Below are positions 28,298 through 38,664 of a DNA stretch of 51,734 nt, piece after piece. The stretch is taken from the IMG/VR virus record IMGVR_UViG_3300046778_000197, positions 1-51,734 of that record. One strand, 5' to 3'. Numbering within the stretch: the first letter of the stretch is position 1; each line of letters begins with the position of its first letter. A program made the position numbers and the translations under genes. Source of the stretch: a virus. Taxonomy: Duplodnaviria > Caudoviricetes. The notes below the pieces were generated by a model that was given only the letters and a program-made list of their open reading frames with translations, had not been told where the DNA came from and did not search any database.

Positions 28298-29317
28298 TTA
28301 TGTTTTAATCTTATTTATATAATACAACAAGTTAGCGTCCCTGTCAATGATATTATTTATTTGTTTATTATGCTTTCTAGCGACTGAATTATAGGCTTTG
28401 GCTGCTTCGATCTCCGAATTAAAGTATCCCAAATATCTGGATTCACCATTCAGCCTTATAACAGCCGCCCAATTCATAGACTTTTTTGACTTATGGAATG
28501 TTACGCCAAGAAATTTAGATGTCTTATTGTTAAAAAACTTTATAACTCTTTGCTTTCTTGATTCCATTCCTTTGACAAATCTTTTAAACTTTCTACTAAG
28601 AAAAATATTCGCATCTTTGTATATCAAGTGAAAGAATTTATATATATTTTTATTCCCACTAATAATTAATACATGAATCTTGTTATTCGACTTCTTATAT
28701 ATACATGAGGATATGTTATAATCATTTTTTAAAAGTGTTTTTAAAGAATCGCAAAACTCAAATGATGAACATATATCTGCTGATAAATATTTAGTTTTCT
28801 TATCTAAGTAAACTCCACCATCTCCATCAAAGTAGCCTCTAAGGAAATGGTGAATTAGATAATATGGAACCTGTTTTGAAGTAGGAAATTTTAAAGTTAA
28901 AGATTTTCTAGGAAAGCATCCTAATAAAGATAGGTCTTTGGAAAATTTAACTCCGCATATAGACATCCCATACATATGTTGGCGATTTTTGGATATCCTC
29001 CTCCTTAAATGTAGTTTTCTAGAAAACCCTATATCTCTTTTTAATTTTATTAGAATACTTTTATCGGGTTCTTGTAAAAATATATCGAACCCTTTTTCAT
29101 GATTACACCCGTCGGCATATAACAATCCAAGAAAGTATGCCTTGTTTTGACTATCTATTTTCTCAAAATAACTATTATCTTTAGTAATAAAACCTAGATA
29201 TCCCCTGGTTTTAATATTGCATTTTTTGAGAATTTTTCTTATAGTATGAGAGCAAACTTTATAAGAGATAGCTATCTTCTTGGCGGATTCGCCGGATAGA
29301 TATCCGCTCACAAACAT
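28298..29317 (-). CDS. LAGLIDADG homing endonuclease with C-terminal AP2 domain
   Basis: AYFLGLLYADGC, HFLRGYFDGDGG; TSKFLGV...WAAVI...YLGYFNSEIEAAKAYN (AP2). The true start may be a frameshifted TTG at 29351. Confidence 0.88.
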   Translation of the reverse strand: MFVSGYLSGESAKKIAISYKVCSHTIRKILKKCNIKTRGYLGFITKDNSYFEKIDSQNKAYFLGLLYADGCNHEKGFDIFLQEPDKSILIKLKRDIGFSRKLHLRRRISKNRQHMYGMSICGVKFSKDLSLLGCFPRKSLTLKFPTSKQVPYYLIHHFLRGYFDGDGGVYLDKKTKYLSADICSSFEFCDSLKTLLKNDYNISSCIYKKSNNKIHVLIISGNKNIYKFFHLIYKDANIFLSRKFKRFVKGMESRKQRVIKFFNNKTSKFLGVTFHKSKKSMNWAAVIRLNGESRYLGYFNSEIEAAKAYNSVARKHNKQINNIIDRDANLLYYINKIKT

Positions 29318-29352
29318 AAGGATAGTTTAATGTCTCTATCTTTTGATTCAAA

Positions 29353-29541
29353 TTATTTTATAATAAAGGTAGATTTATTGATGCATCTGGAGAATTCTCT
29401 AGAATCTATAGTTTTCCATTTCTTAGAGAATTGATTTAATGTTACTAATTGTTGTGCCTTCTTAATCTTTACCTTGTTATCGTCGGTAACAGAAATTTGC
29501 GCCCAATATTGCGAATTTTTATTTAATTTGTTTTGTTTCAT
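29353..29541 (-). CDS. Hypothetical protein (62 aa)
   Basis: ORF with an upstream TTGACA-17-TACTAT promoter (about 29599-29571). Confidence 0.6.
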   Translation of the reverse strand: MKQNKLNKNSQYWAQISVTDDNKVKIKKAQQLVTLNQFSKKWKTIDSREFSRCINKSTFIIK

Positions 29542-29605
29542 AATTTTTTAAATGTTTTATTTACTTATATATAGTAACTTAGGATAGGGGGGATGTCAAG
29601 GAGTT

Positions 29606-32161
29606 TTAGTTAATATTTTTAAGTTGGGCGGGGGTGTGAGCAATTTTAACGTTCTGGTTAACGATTCTATCACAGAAGATAATATCTTTGCTAGTTCTGC
29701 CGATGGCGCAAACGATATCTCCTATTTGTAATTTACGTCCATTATTCATTTCATCATTTTTCTCAAAATATTTTTCCATTAACATGATATCTGTTTCTCC
29801 CGTTGAATCTGATATTTTAGCTTTGATGTATCTATTATTGTTCTTTGATTTCCCTTCCCTATATTCTAACACTTCTCCTCCAACAGTTACTTTTTGCTCT
29901 GGAAGTTCTGTCTTAGCCTCATAAATACTAACCAAATCATAATATTCTTTCTTTAAGATATTGAATAAATTTTGGGAATATGAATATCCTAAGTACGTTT
30001 TTTCTGCCATGTAATTAGCTAATGGTTCATTTTTGATATTTAGTTTATACATATCATTATAAGGTTTAAAATCCTTCCTTAAAGTTTCTAATCTCGATTC
30101 CTTAATAAATGGTTTAAGTTCAACGTTTTCGGTTTTAGATAATGATTTAACTATAGATACCAAATCATAATTAAATTTCTCACCTAATTGATCTATCAAT
30201 ATCTTTTTTCTTTCTCTGGGAGTCAATTCTTTCCACAGTCCTAACTCTAGCACTGTATAACAGCGACCATTTTTGATAAAATCGTCCATACTACCACTTT
30301 GAATTAAAGACGACATAGAAGTAAAATTGAGGCCGGATTCTAATGCTCCGCTAAATATCTCAAATGGATTTTGAAACTCGTCCTTAAATTCCTGAAGTTT
30401 ATTAATAGCTTTCTCCCCCAATCCTTTAAGATTCCCAAGACCAAAACGAATTCCATTTTTTTCAATTGTAAAATCGGTTTCGGATTTAAGGATATTTGGA
30501 CTCAATAATTCTATCCCCATTTGTTTTAACTCTGAGAAAATTTGCCCAATTAATTCATTACTATTAGGTTTTTCTTTCACTTCATTCAAACATGCCCAAT
30601 AAAATTCTAATGGATATTTATATTTTAAATAGACAGTTAAAGCGGTAAGGTAAGAAGTGCTTACGGAATGGGCCAAATTAAATTGATAATTTGCGGAATC
30701 ACCAATTAATTTAAGCAAAAACTTTGTGATGTCTTCTGATAATCCTTTTCTCTTAATATTTGAATTGATTTTATCAACCCACTCTTTAATTTCATCAGTT
30801 TTCTTTTTCGCCGCAACACGTCTAAATTGTTCACTTTCGTCATCTGAAAAACCCAATGCCTTTACCAACATAATTGTTTGTTCTTGGTATAAGGGTAGAT
30901 TTCTTGTCCAGTTTAATGCTGATTCGAAAATCGGGTGAGGGCATTCTGCTGAATTATCAATATAAGGTTTTTCGTAAGCCAAGGCTGTAGGACGAGCAAT
31001 TGCGTTAACATGGCTAAGTTCCAATACATTTTTTGGCTTCAAATGTTTACAAACTTTATAGGCTCAATCAGCGGATATCTGATATAATCCATATGGTAAC
31101 AAATTATCTGATTGTAATTTATCATATATAAACTTGTCATCATGTAAATTTATATCTTCTACTTTTTCTGGAATCCTAGATAAAATATTTTTAATTATTC
31201 TATTAGTATCCAAAGATAATAAATCAAGTTTAAGACATTGAACATCGCCCATGATATATGATGACATTTGCTCTCTTTCTTTATTGAGCATAGCCGGAGT
31301 GTGATTATCTAACTCATCAAAACTAACTAAATATCCAGATGCATGGCATCCAAAAGAGGTATTTAAATGCCTTAATTTTAAGGATATCTCGTAAGTTTCT
31401 TTATGATCCTCTACCCATTTTTCGAATTCTTTATTTTCTTTTTTGACTTCTTCGATATCTTGAACAACACCGAATCTTCTTTCTATTAAATCCGCGACAT
31501 CTTTGGCCTCATCTTCCGAAACCTCTTCTAAGCATTTGTATACATCTTTTATAAGGATTTTGCCGGTTAAGGTGGAAACATTTGCCACCTTGGATATTCT
31601 GTTTGGATATATTTGTTTAAGCCATTCTACTATCTCGTCTCTTCCTTCCGCAAGGTTTATGTCAATATCCGGTGCGAGGTCTATTGAAATCCATGTTTCA
31701 TTATCAATTATTTTTGATTTTGCCCTAGCTTTTGATACGAAACGAGAGAAAAATAGGTTATAATATATGGGATCGCAACCCGTTATATCGGTTAGCCACG
31801 CGACCAAACTCGAACCAACACTACCACGACCAAAATCCATAAACATCCCCATTGATTTAGCCTTATTAATAACCGTCCATACTAATAGTATGTAATCTGT
31901 GAATCCTAACTCCTTAAATGTTGATAATTCTAACTTTAATCTATTTTCATATTCCTCAACTCTATCTTTATTGATTTTTCCAGACTGAATTTTTGAATTT
32001 AATCCTAAAATACATATTTTTTCAAGGAAGACATAATTATTATCATTTTCATTACATCCAAATTTAAGTTTTTCTTCTATAGAAATGGGCGGTTTTGGTA
32101 ATCTTGTGTAACCAAAATTAGGAAGGGTATATTTTTGAAAATTATCGGTAAAGTTAATCAT
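29606..32161 (-). CDS. dnaE: DNA polymerase III alpha (DnaE-type) core, interrupted by one in-frame TGA at 31064-31066
   Basis: GRGSVGSSLV, APDIDIN, GCHASG, KLDLLSL, YQEQ, FNLAHS, YLKYKYPLEF, IRFGL and a C-terminal OB fold. The two track ORFs share a frame: YQISAD*AYKVCKHLKPKNVLEL. Confidence 0.88.
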
Positions 32162-32805
32162 TCTAAATCTATTTTTTTAATCAATTCAAAGAAAATTCTG
32201 GCCGTCACCCTTGAATCAAAAAGCCCCCCATGGAACATTTCCGTTTCCCCGCCCATATCAATGTTAAATTCTTTTGACATATACTGTAAGTTACTTTTTA
32301 AGCCCTTTTGAATTAAGTTATTACATCCAAGTTGGTAGGATAATAGATTGTTATTATCAACTTTACGCCCTAATTTATAGCCCTTGAATAATGCATTTAT
32401 ATCATAACATCTATGTAGCCATTTATAGCCACATTCTATTCCAACTTCCTTACAAGAATTATGTAAAACCATGCAATCATAGTTCAATCCATTAGAAAAC
32501 ACAATCTTGTAGTTATCATCCAATAAATAAGAGAGAATCTCATTAAATGCCTGTTTTGGAGTAGCTACTATCTCATTTATTTTTTTTAAATCATAGTGAG
32601 TGATTTTTGCAATTTCGGGGCGAATCTTATAATTAGGATAGTTAACGAAAATCTGTCTTTCTTTTACTAAATCATATCCATTATAAATAACATAAGAAAT
32701 TTCAAATGGTCGCGTATAATTCAAATGTAAGGAGTTTGATTCAATATCCCAAAAGATTAGTTTTTTATCTTTAAGGTTAAATCTTAATAAATTATCTCCT
32801 AACAT
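32158..32805 (-). CDS. DEDDh 3'-5' exonuclease (DnaQ-like proofreading subunit)
   Basis: WDIES (ExoI), NGLNYD (ExoII), HGGLFD (ExoIII); ATGA overlap with the dnaE core. Confidence 0.85.
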   Translation of the reverse strand: MLGDNLLRFNLKDKKLIFWDIESNSLHLNYTRPFEISYVIYNGYDLVKERQIFVNYPNYKIRPEIAKITHYDLKKINEIVATPKQAFNEILSYLLDDNYKIVFSNGLNYDCMVLHNSCKEVGIECGYKWLHRCYDINALFKGYKLGRKVDNNNLLSYQLGCNNLIQKGLKSNLQYMSKEFNIDMGGETEMFHGGLFDSRVTARIFFELIKKIDLE

Positions 32806-32806
32806 A

Positions 32807-33949
32807 TTATTGAAAATTTAATTTGTTTAAATTACCGTTTATCTCTTTTAATCTTTTGTCGTATGCTTTGGCGGCGTCAGTTTCATTATCAAAATATCCT
32901 AAGAATTCTTTATTTCTATCGTATCCGATTCTGGCACAGAAACGCCCCTGTAGTTTATCGACTCCATTGTATTTCGAACTTTTCTTTTTTCTTTTTTTAT
33001 TAAAACTTACAGATACTCTCATTATTTTTTCTTTTCTTAATAAGAAAAATTTAGCACGACGATATAAATATTTATATAACTCATATATATCATTCTGATT
33101 ATTAATGTTTAATCTAGCAAATAATATACTGTCGCCGGTTTCATATGGGTTAATTATTTTTTTATTTAAAATTTCTTCAATACATTTTTTTACAAAAAAC
33201 ATAGTGGACGTTGTTCCTGTAAAACTCATTTTTAGATATCCGTTATAGATACCAACACTTCCATCTCCCTCAAATAACCCCAATAAAAATCCATCAATAA
33301 ATTCTTTTGGTATGTTAGGAATCGATTGTGAATAGGTCTTATTAAATGCCACGTTAAATTTTAGTAAATCATTTATCAATTTAGGAGAATTAACTGCAAA
33401 TCTTACATAATTAAATCCTTTATTCTCAAAAAAATCTATTTTTCTAGTAGATTGTAAATCCTTTTTGAATTCGTAGAGAACTTGTTTATCTCTTTTTTGA
33501 AGAGAAAATCTTAGGCAGCCATTTCGTGTGATATTTCCATCACTCCATATCCAACCTAACCAGTAAGCCTTCTCAAAAGAATCAATTTCTTTAAAAAAAT
33601 CTTGATTAAAAAAATCCTTTCTATTCTTAACGGATAATAGATATTTATTCATCTTTAGCCCCAATTTATTAGCTTTTCCTATAATGCTTTTCTTTGACTT
33701 TTTAATATTTTTTTGTAAATCAATTATAGTCGAATGTGGATAATTTTCTATTAAGAAATCTAATTCTTCAGTTGTCCAATATTTATTATTTTTTAACGCT
33801 AATGTTCTTGTTGCCCTTATTACTATAGCATTTTTAGTCCTATTTAAAACATTCGAACATTCTTCTAATGTGTTTTTTAAATAATTTTTCTTTAACCAAT
33901 TATCTTCTTCTGATGTCCAGTTTGTGATTCTTTTTTGAATTGTTTTCAT
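32807..33949 (-). CDS. LAGLIDADG homing endonuclease with Myb-like N-terminal repeats and AP2 domain
   Basis: WTSEEDNWL/WTTEELDFL repeats; AYWLGWIWSDG, FLLGLFEGDGS; SSKYNGV...FLGYFDNETDAAKAYD. Confidence 0.88.
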   Translation of the reverse strand: MKTIQKRITNWTSEEDNWLKKNYLKNTLEECSNVLNRTKNAIVIRATRTLALKNNKYWTTEELDFLIENYPHSTIIDLQKNIKKSKKSIIGKANKLGLKMNKYLLSVKNRKDFFNQDFFKEIDSFEKAYWLGWIWSDGNITRNGCLRFSLQKRDKQVLYEFKKDLQSTRKIDFFENKGFNYVRFAVNSPKLINDLLKFNVAFNKTYSQSIPNIPKEFIDGFLLGLFEGDGSVGIYNGYLKMSFTGTTSTMFFVKKCIEEILNKKIINPYETGDSILFARLNINNQNDIYELYKYLYRRAKFFLLRKEKIMRVSVSFNKKRKKKSSKYNGVDKLQGRFCARIGYDRNKEFLGYFDNETDAAKAYDKRLKEINGNLNKLNFQ

Positions 33950-34001
33950 GTATTTATATATATTATGTCTTTGTCATCATTATTTACACTAAAAATCACT
34001 T

Positions 34002-34790
34002 TTATGTAACAATACCATTGGAATATTTTAAATAATCAATATAATTAAACATATTTGAAGATAAAAATGGAATATTCGGACAATTAAATTTATTCCTCGT
34101 GTCAATCGAGCGAAGCACCGAATAGGCTTTGAAGTCATTTGGTGTATAGTAGTACGTGGGCCATACTTGACATAATTCAAATCCACTGCTCTTTGAATAT
34201 TCCTTAATCTTTGGAATTAATATTTGGTCATAAAGTATATCCATACTAGCATATGTCATTATGGGTTTAATTTTCCCGAAATCCGGGACACATGATCCAT
34301 TAAATATAAAATTCTTTTCTAAGAAGTTGTTATACGGTTCTATGAAGACTTGTAAGTTATCAGTGACAAGTTCGTTGATATCGTTCCAATCGCCTCTCGA
34401 TTCATAATAAAACGATTCTTTATTCGCATTTATTCTATTATTCAATTTAATTAAATCGACATATCCATCAGAATTTTTCATTACTACCGCGACTCTACAA
34501 TTAGAAAATAATGATTCTTCATTTTTATTCTTAGAGTTATTACAAATTAAGAAGGAAATGCCAAAAATTAACTGAATATTGTATTTATTACAATTCTTAT
34601 AAAGTTTGGGAAATTCTAAAAATGACCTATCTATGACGAATAATTTATCTAATGAATGTTTTTTGGCTATCGCGAAGATACTTACTGGAGAATTTTCTAG
34701 TATTTCGGTTTCATCATCAGCCGTTAACAAACTCCTACAGATATTTCCCTGTGTCGAAAATATAGGTAAAATTGAATCTTTATCTATCAC
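34002..34790 (-). CDS. Stand-alone PHP-like N-terminal domain of DnaE
   Basis: SIFAIAKKHSLDKLFVID...IQLIFGI...VVMKNSDGYVDLIKL PHP pattern; metal-binding His residues not evident. Confidence 0.7.
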   Translation of the reverse strand: MIDKDSILPIFSTQGNICRSLLTADDETEILENSPVSIFAIAKKHSLDKLFVIDRSFLEFPKLYKNCNKYNIQLIFGISFLICNNSKNKNEESLFSNCRVAVVMKNSDGYVDLIKLNNRINANKESFYYESRGDWNDINELVTDNLQVFIEPYNNFLEKNFIFNGSCVPDFGKIKPIMTYASMDILYDQILIPKIKEYSKSSGFELCQVWPTYYYTPNDFKAYSVLRSIDTRNKFNCPNIPFLSSNMFNYIDYLKYSNGIVT

Positions 34791-34808
34791 TCAAAAACTA
34801 TACCTCGA

Positions 34809-35015
34809 TCACTTACCTTTGTCAATTTTTTTATCCGCTGACGGGGCTTTTTTAAGAAATTTTAGAAGCGCGGACTGCTCTTTCTCATCAAGAGAGGTAA
34901 AAATATGAATGTTTTGTTCGTTATTTTTTTCTTTTTCTATCGTAATGAGATGGTAATTAATATCTTGGGATTCAATTTTCTCTAATAAATCGTATATAAA
35001 ATCATGGGTCGGCAT
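34809..35015 (-). CDS. Hypothetical protein (68 aa)
   Basis: Intact short ORF in the operon. Confidence 0.55.
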   Translation of the reverse strand: MPTHDFIYDLLEKIESQDINYHLITIEKEKNNEQNIHIFTSLDEKEQSALLKFLKKAPSADKKIDKGK

Positions 35016-35045
35016 AATGTATAATACTAATTTAAAATATAAATA

Positions 35046-35843
35046 TCAATAATTCATATATACAGATTCTAATTTAGTCTTAGGTTTAAAATCTGGAGTA
35101 ATAGTTTTAACCTCAAAATCTATCCTTTTAAATCCGGCCATCTCTAATCTTTTATACTCTTCATTAATATAACCAGAAAGCAATATTTTAGATTTCATAT
35201 TTAAAAGTTTGTCTACTAATGCTTTTTGTTGGTCGGGATTGAAATCAACCTTATATCTAGCGGAAGTCCTTGTTTCCCAAGAGTAGGGCGGGTCTAAATA
35301 AAAAAATACATTTTCTTGATTATATTTATCAATTACTTCAAAAGCGTCTTTATTTAATATTAAAACCGAACTTAATCTATCATGCAATTGGGGAAGTCGA
35401 TCAATAACCGAAAGAAAATCAGAAGCAGATTTAGACATTCCGCGCCGAATGCAACAATTTGTTGAAAATCCGCCCATTCCATTATGAGAAGTTCTATTAA
35501 AATAAAAATAATAAAAGGCGCGGTCAAGAATAGACAGTTCAGGATTTTTTAACTGTTCTTTAGCTTCTTCTCTTAATTTTTCACAATATAAAGCCTTATC
35601 ACATTTCTCTTTAAATTCCCAGAATAAATCTTTGTCGGAAATAACTTTATGAATAGAATAAACATTATTATATAAATCATTGTAGACCTCTACTTTTCCG
35701 GGGCGGTCTTGACTTAATAAAACTGAAGCCCCACCACCAAAAGGTTCAACGTAAATATCATAAGACTCAATTGGGGGCATGAATGAATTAATTTGTTTAA
35801 GCATACTAGATTTCGACCCGAAATATTTAATTACCTGTTTCAT
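35046..35843 (-). CDS. Dam-like (D12 class) N6-adenine DNA methyltransferase
   Basis: YFGSK, YVEPFGGGASV, EVYND, FYLDPPY. Confidence 0.9.
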   Translation of the reverse strand: MKQVIKYFGSKSSMLKQINSFMPPIESYDIYVEPFGGGASVLLSQDRPGKVEVYNDLYNNVYSIHKVISDKDLFWEFKEKCDKALYCEKLREEAKEQLKNPELSILDRAFYYFYFNRTSHNGMGGFSTNCCIRRGMSKSASDFLSVIDRLPQLHDRLSSVLILNKDAFEVIDKYNQENVFFYLDPPYSWETRTSARYKVDFNPDQQKALVDKLLNMKSKILLSGYINEEYKRLEMAGFKRIDFEVKTITPDFKPKTKLESVYMNY

Positions 35844-35850
35844 TCTTTAT

Positions 35851-36324
35851 TCATTCTGGATTTTCAAAGATATTACCAATAATCTCACATTGATAATTCT
35901 TAGATATGCCTCCTAAAATCCCAATATTAAATCCAAGCGGCATGGTTTGACAATCATCATATTTATAATTAGACATCCCAAAATACCCACTCTGATAAAT
36001 AACAATGGATTTTTCTATATGACCAGAATCGTCTTTGTCCATAATACTCCTGACTGAATAACTTACGATGTCACCTTCGTAAATTTCGCGCCCATTTTTA
36101 TCTAAGAGGCCGGTGAATTGTTGGAATACATATCCTGATTCATTTCCGTTGTCTCTAATAGAGCACCATCCTATTCCGGTTCCAGCAATAATGGGTTCTT
36201 GTGGATATCCAACAATTCCATTACCATCACACAAAATAGCTATAGCCGACGTATTTAAATACTCTAGCTGTCTTTTATCCCATACTCTAAATTTTATTTC
36301 TCTATTTTGATATTCTCGTTTCAT
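35851..36324 (-). CDS. YopX family protein (second copy)
   Basis: REIKFRVWD...QFTGLLDKNGREIYEGDIV...EIIGNIFENPE. Confidence 0.9.
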   Translation of the reverse strand: MKREYQNREIKFRVWDKRQLEYLNTSAIAILCDGNGIVGYPQEPIIAGTGIGWCSIRDNGNESGYVFQQFTGLLDKNGREIYEGDIVSYSVRSIMDKDDSGHIEKSIVIYQSGYFGMSNYKYDDCQTMPLGFNIGILGGISKNYQCEIIGNIFENPE

Positions 36325-36335
36325 GTTTTTTTATT

Positions 36336-36764
36336 TCACCATTTATAATTTTCCCAGAACCATTTGCTTGTTTTATCTTTAAGATTTATAGTAATAGTCT
36401 TCTTATCATGAAATACCTCTGGATAGAAAGCTAAAATCCTATCTACTTGTGGAACATAAACAAGCAAAATATCTATTGATTCTTTAGTATAGGATTTTTT
36501 ATTTTGAGATTTATTGAATAATTGAAGTTCTAAACAATCTTTTTTAGATTTTCTGTCGCAGTATTTAATTTGGGCGCGAAGAATCGTCCCGTGAATGTCT
36601 AAGACTCCATCATAACGAACTTCTGTTGTGGGAATAGAAAAAATTATCTCTTTGTGCGCGGCAGCGATCTGAACCTTCAATTGGGCAATTTCGCCGCGAG
36701 ATAAGTTAGACAATATTGTTGATTCTAATTCTTGATTCATCGACATAGAGTTGTGAAATATCAA
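36336..36764 (-). CDS. PD-(D/E)XK endonuclease of the group-I-intron-associated type
   Basis: RGEIAQ...RYDGVLD...RAQIKY...YTKESIDILLVY. Start uncertain (possibly 36740). Confidence 0.75.
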   Translation of the reverse strand: MIFHNSMSMNQELESTILSNLSRGEIAQLKVQIAAAHKEIIFSIPTTEVRYDGVLDIHGTILRAQIKYCDRKSKKDCLELQLFNKSQNKKSYTKESIDILLVYVPQVDRILAFYPEVFHDKKTITINLKDKTSKWFWENYKW

Positions 36765-37518
36765 ATCCTAAATACTGCCTATCCAATTGCTTTGCGGCCA
36801 AACAAGTGGATCCCGAACCTGAAAAAATATCGCACACAATGTCTTGGGAGCGACTTGCCCCACTTATAAAATAAGACGGCAACTTCAATGGGAAAATAGC
36901 GCAATGGTTTTCGGATTGCCTTCTTGATTCAGAACCAATTAAAATAAGAGAGCTAGGCAACGCCCCTAGGGGATTTTCAGCCCAGTTTTTATAAATTTTT
37001 GCATCTTGATTTTCTTTATTTCTGTTGAATCTTTTCTTGATAGGAGACTTCATCCTCTTGATACTTTTTTCATCGTAATTAACTCTTAAAGAATCTATAT
37101 CGAAATAAAAATCTTTGCTTTTTACGAACCATAGTAAAAATTCTATCTTGTCACCAAATCGCGACTTATTGGGTAAATATTTTCCCTTGTTCCAGAAGAG
37201 TCTCTCGAACATTTTTAGATTAGTCTGTTTATGAATTTCTGAAACCAAATCAAAAACATAGGGGTGTCTCATTCTGTCGACTACCTTATCTGAGATATTT
37301 ATAATTATGTTACCATCATTCTTTAATGTCCTTTCCATTTCTTTAATAAACGGTATCAAATAATCAACATATTTGTCAGGATGAATTCCGTCGCAGTTAT
37401 CATATTTCTTAGTATCGGCATACATTGGGGATGTAAAATGTAATTGTATGCTATTATCGTCCACCTGTTTAAGTAGGTTTAAAGAATCTCCACAGTAAAT
37501 TTGATTGGTTTCTAACAT
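36706..37518 (-). CDS. Beta-class N4-cytosine/N6-adenine DNA methyltransferase
   Basis: IYCGDSL, FTSPMY (SPPY-like, suggests m4C), HCAIFP, DIFSGSGST. Confidence 0.88.
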   Translation of the reverse strand: MLETNQIYCGDSLNLLKQVDDNSIQLHFTSPMYADTKKYDNCDGIHPDKYVDYLIPFIKEMERTLKNDGNIIINISDKVVDRMRHPYVFDLVSEIHKQTNLKMFERLFWNKGKYLPNKSRFGDKIEFLLWFVKSKDFYFDIDSLRVNYDEKSIKRMKSPIKKRFNRNKENQDAKIYKNWAENPLGALPSSLILIGSESRRQSENHCAIFPLKLPSYFISGASRSQDIVCDIFSGSGSTCLAAKQLDRQYLGFDISQLYVDESRIRINNIV

Positions 37519-37560
37519 CAGATACCAACAATTTTACTATAAAACAATAAATAGTCAAGT

Positions 37561-38283
37561 TTAAAAAGAAAAAGATTCTTTATAATGATTTAACATTTTA
37601 ATTATATCTTCTTGCATATCTGGAATTTTATGAGAATCTATCTGTCTTGTTTCGGGATTTATGTGAAATAAAGTAATTTTTTTCACTTTATAACCATGGT
37701 ACTCTAACATATATTTATATAAATTTAACTGTAATCCATAATTAGACATTTCACAGTCTCCTAAATAATCAACTGGGGGTAATAGCTTCCCACCATACTT
37801 CGGTTTATATAGAATCTCTTTATTCGTCTTCCAGTCCATTAAATTTAGATTCCCTTTGCCCAAATCTTCTATTAAGTCAGCCGTTCCAGCAAGCCAATAA
37901 GGTTCTCGTAAATGCAATGGTATTTCGCAATATAGTTTTCCTTTAATTTTTGGAAGAAATTTTTCCTTAAATATTAAAACTACATCTTCATAATCATCTT
38001 TAAGAATTTCATTATTTTTAAGAAAATGCTCTATTTGTCTATGGAATGATTTGCCACGTTTTAATCCATCGTATTTAGCTTTGTCCCATTTTTCCGTTAC
38101 TTCAGATACGCTTAAATTATTCTTTTCAGCATATTTTCTCTTTATAAATCCCGATGGGTCAAATTTTGATTTAAACAACGATAAAAATACAGATACAGAC
38201 AATAACCCCTGTTCTTTGAAGTGATATGTGTGAGGTTCCTCTTTAAATAGGATTTCTTTGTTGATATCTTCTAGTTTAATCAT
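37561..38283 (-). CDS. PD-(D/E)XK exonuclease (phage exonuclease-like)
   Basis: HTY...SVS...RGKSFH...AGTADL...MDWKT...YGLQLNLYKYML. Confidence 0.8.
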   Translation of the reverse strand: MIKLEDINKEILFKEEPHTYHFKEQGLLSVSVFLSLFKSKFDPSGFIKRKYAEKNNLSVSEVTEKWDKAKYDGLKRGKSFHRQIEHFLKNNEILKDDYEDVVLIFKEKFLPKIKGKLYCEIPLHLREPYWLAGTADLIEDLGKGNLNLMDWKTNKEILYKPKYGGKLLPPVDYLGDCEMSNYGLQLNLYKYMLEYHGYKVKKITLFHINPETRQIDSHKIPDMQEDIIKMLNHYKESFSF

Positions 38284-38295
38284 TTATGGTTTTAT

Positions 38296-38664
38296 TTATG
38301 TCTGGGAATCTCCGGGTAAAATTCTATAGGAATCTTCTTCATAATGAGTTGTCGAAACTTCCAAGATAATAGAATCCTCTAAAGCTTCTAACTGATGCGG
38401 AAATCCAATTGGTATATCTACACAATCGCCAGTTTTTAAATCGGTCGTAAGGTCTTGTCCATTTGATAGATTTTTATATCTTAAAATAAATGACCCAGAT
38501 AAGACCGCCCAAGATTCGTCCTTTAATAAGTGGAAATGATTAGAAAACTTTGCTCCTTTATTAAATTTTAGCAATTTTCCGCAATATCTATCATTATTAA
38601 CTATCCATTCTTCCGATCCCCATTTTTTAGGGTGAATTTCAGTAGTTCTAATTTCAAATTTCAT
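38296..38664 (-). CDS. Cupin-fold protein (sugar isomerase-like)
   Basis: KKWGSEEWIVN..YCGK...SNHFHLLKDE...PHQL...EVST.H. Confidence 0.8.
   Translation of the reverse strand: MKFEIRTTEIHPKKWGSEEWIVNNDRYCGKLLKFNKGAKFSNHFHLLKDESWAVLSGSFILRYKNLSNGQDLTTDLKTGDCVDIPIGFPHQLEALEDSIILEVSTTHYEEDSYRILPGDSQT

Noticed and set aside
31020-31066. Selenocysteine insertion at the dnaE TGA
   Set aside because: No convincing SECIS-like hairpin directly 3' of the UGA, and the position is not a known redox site.
36336-37518. Type II restriction-modification pair
   Set aside because: The nuclease resembles the mobile intron-associated PD-(D/E)XK family rather than a cognate restriction enzyme; not fully excluded.
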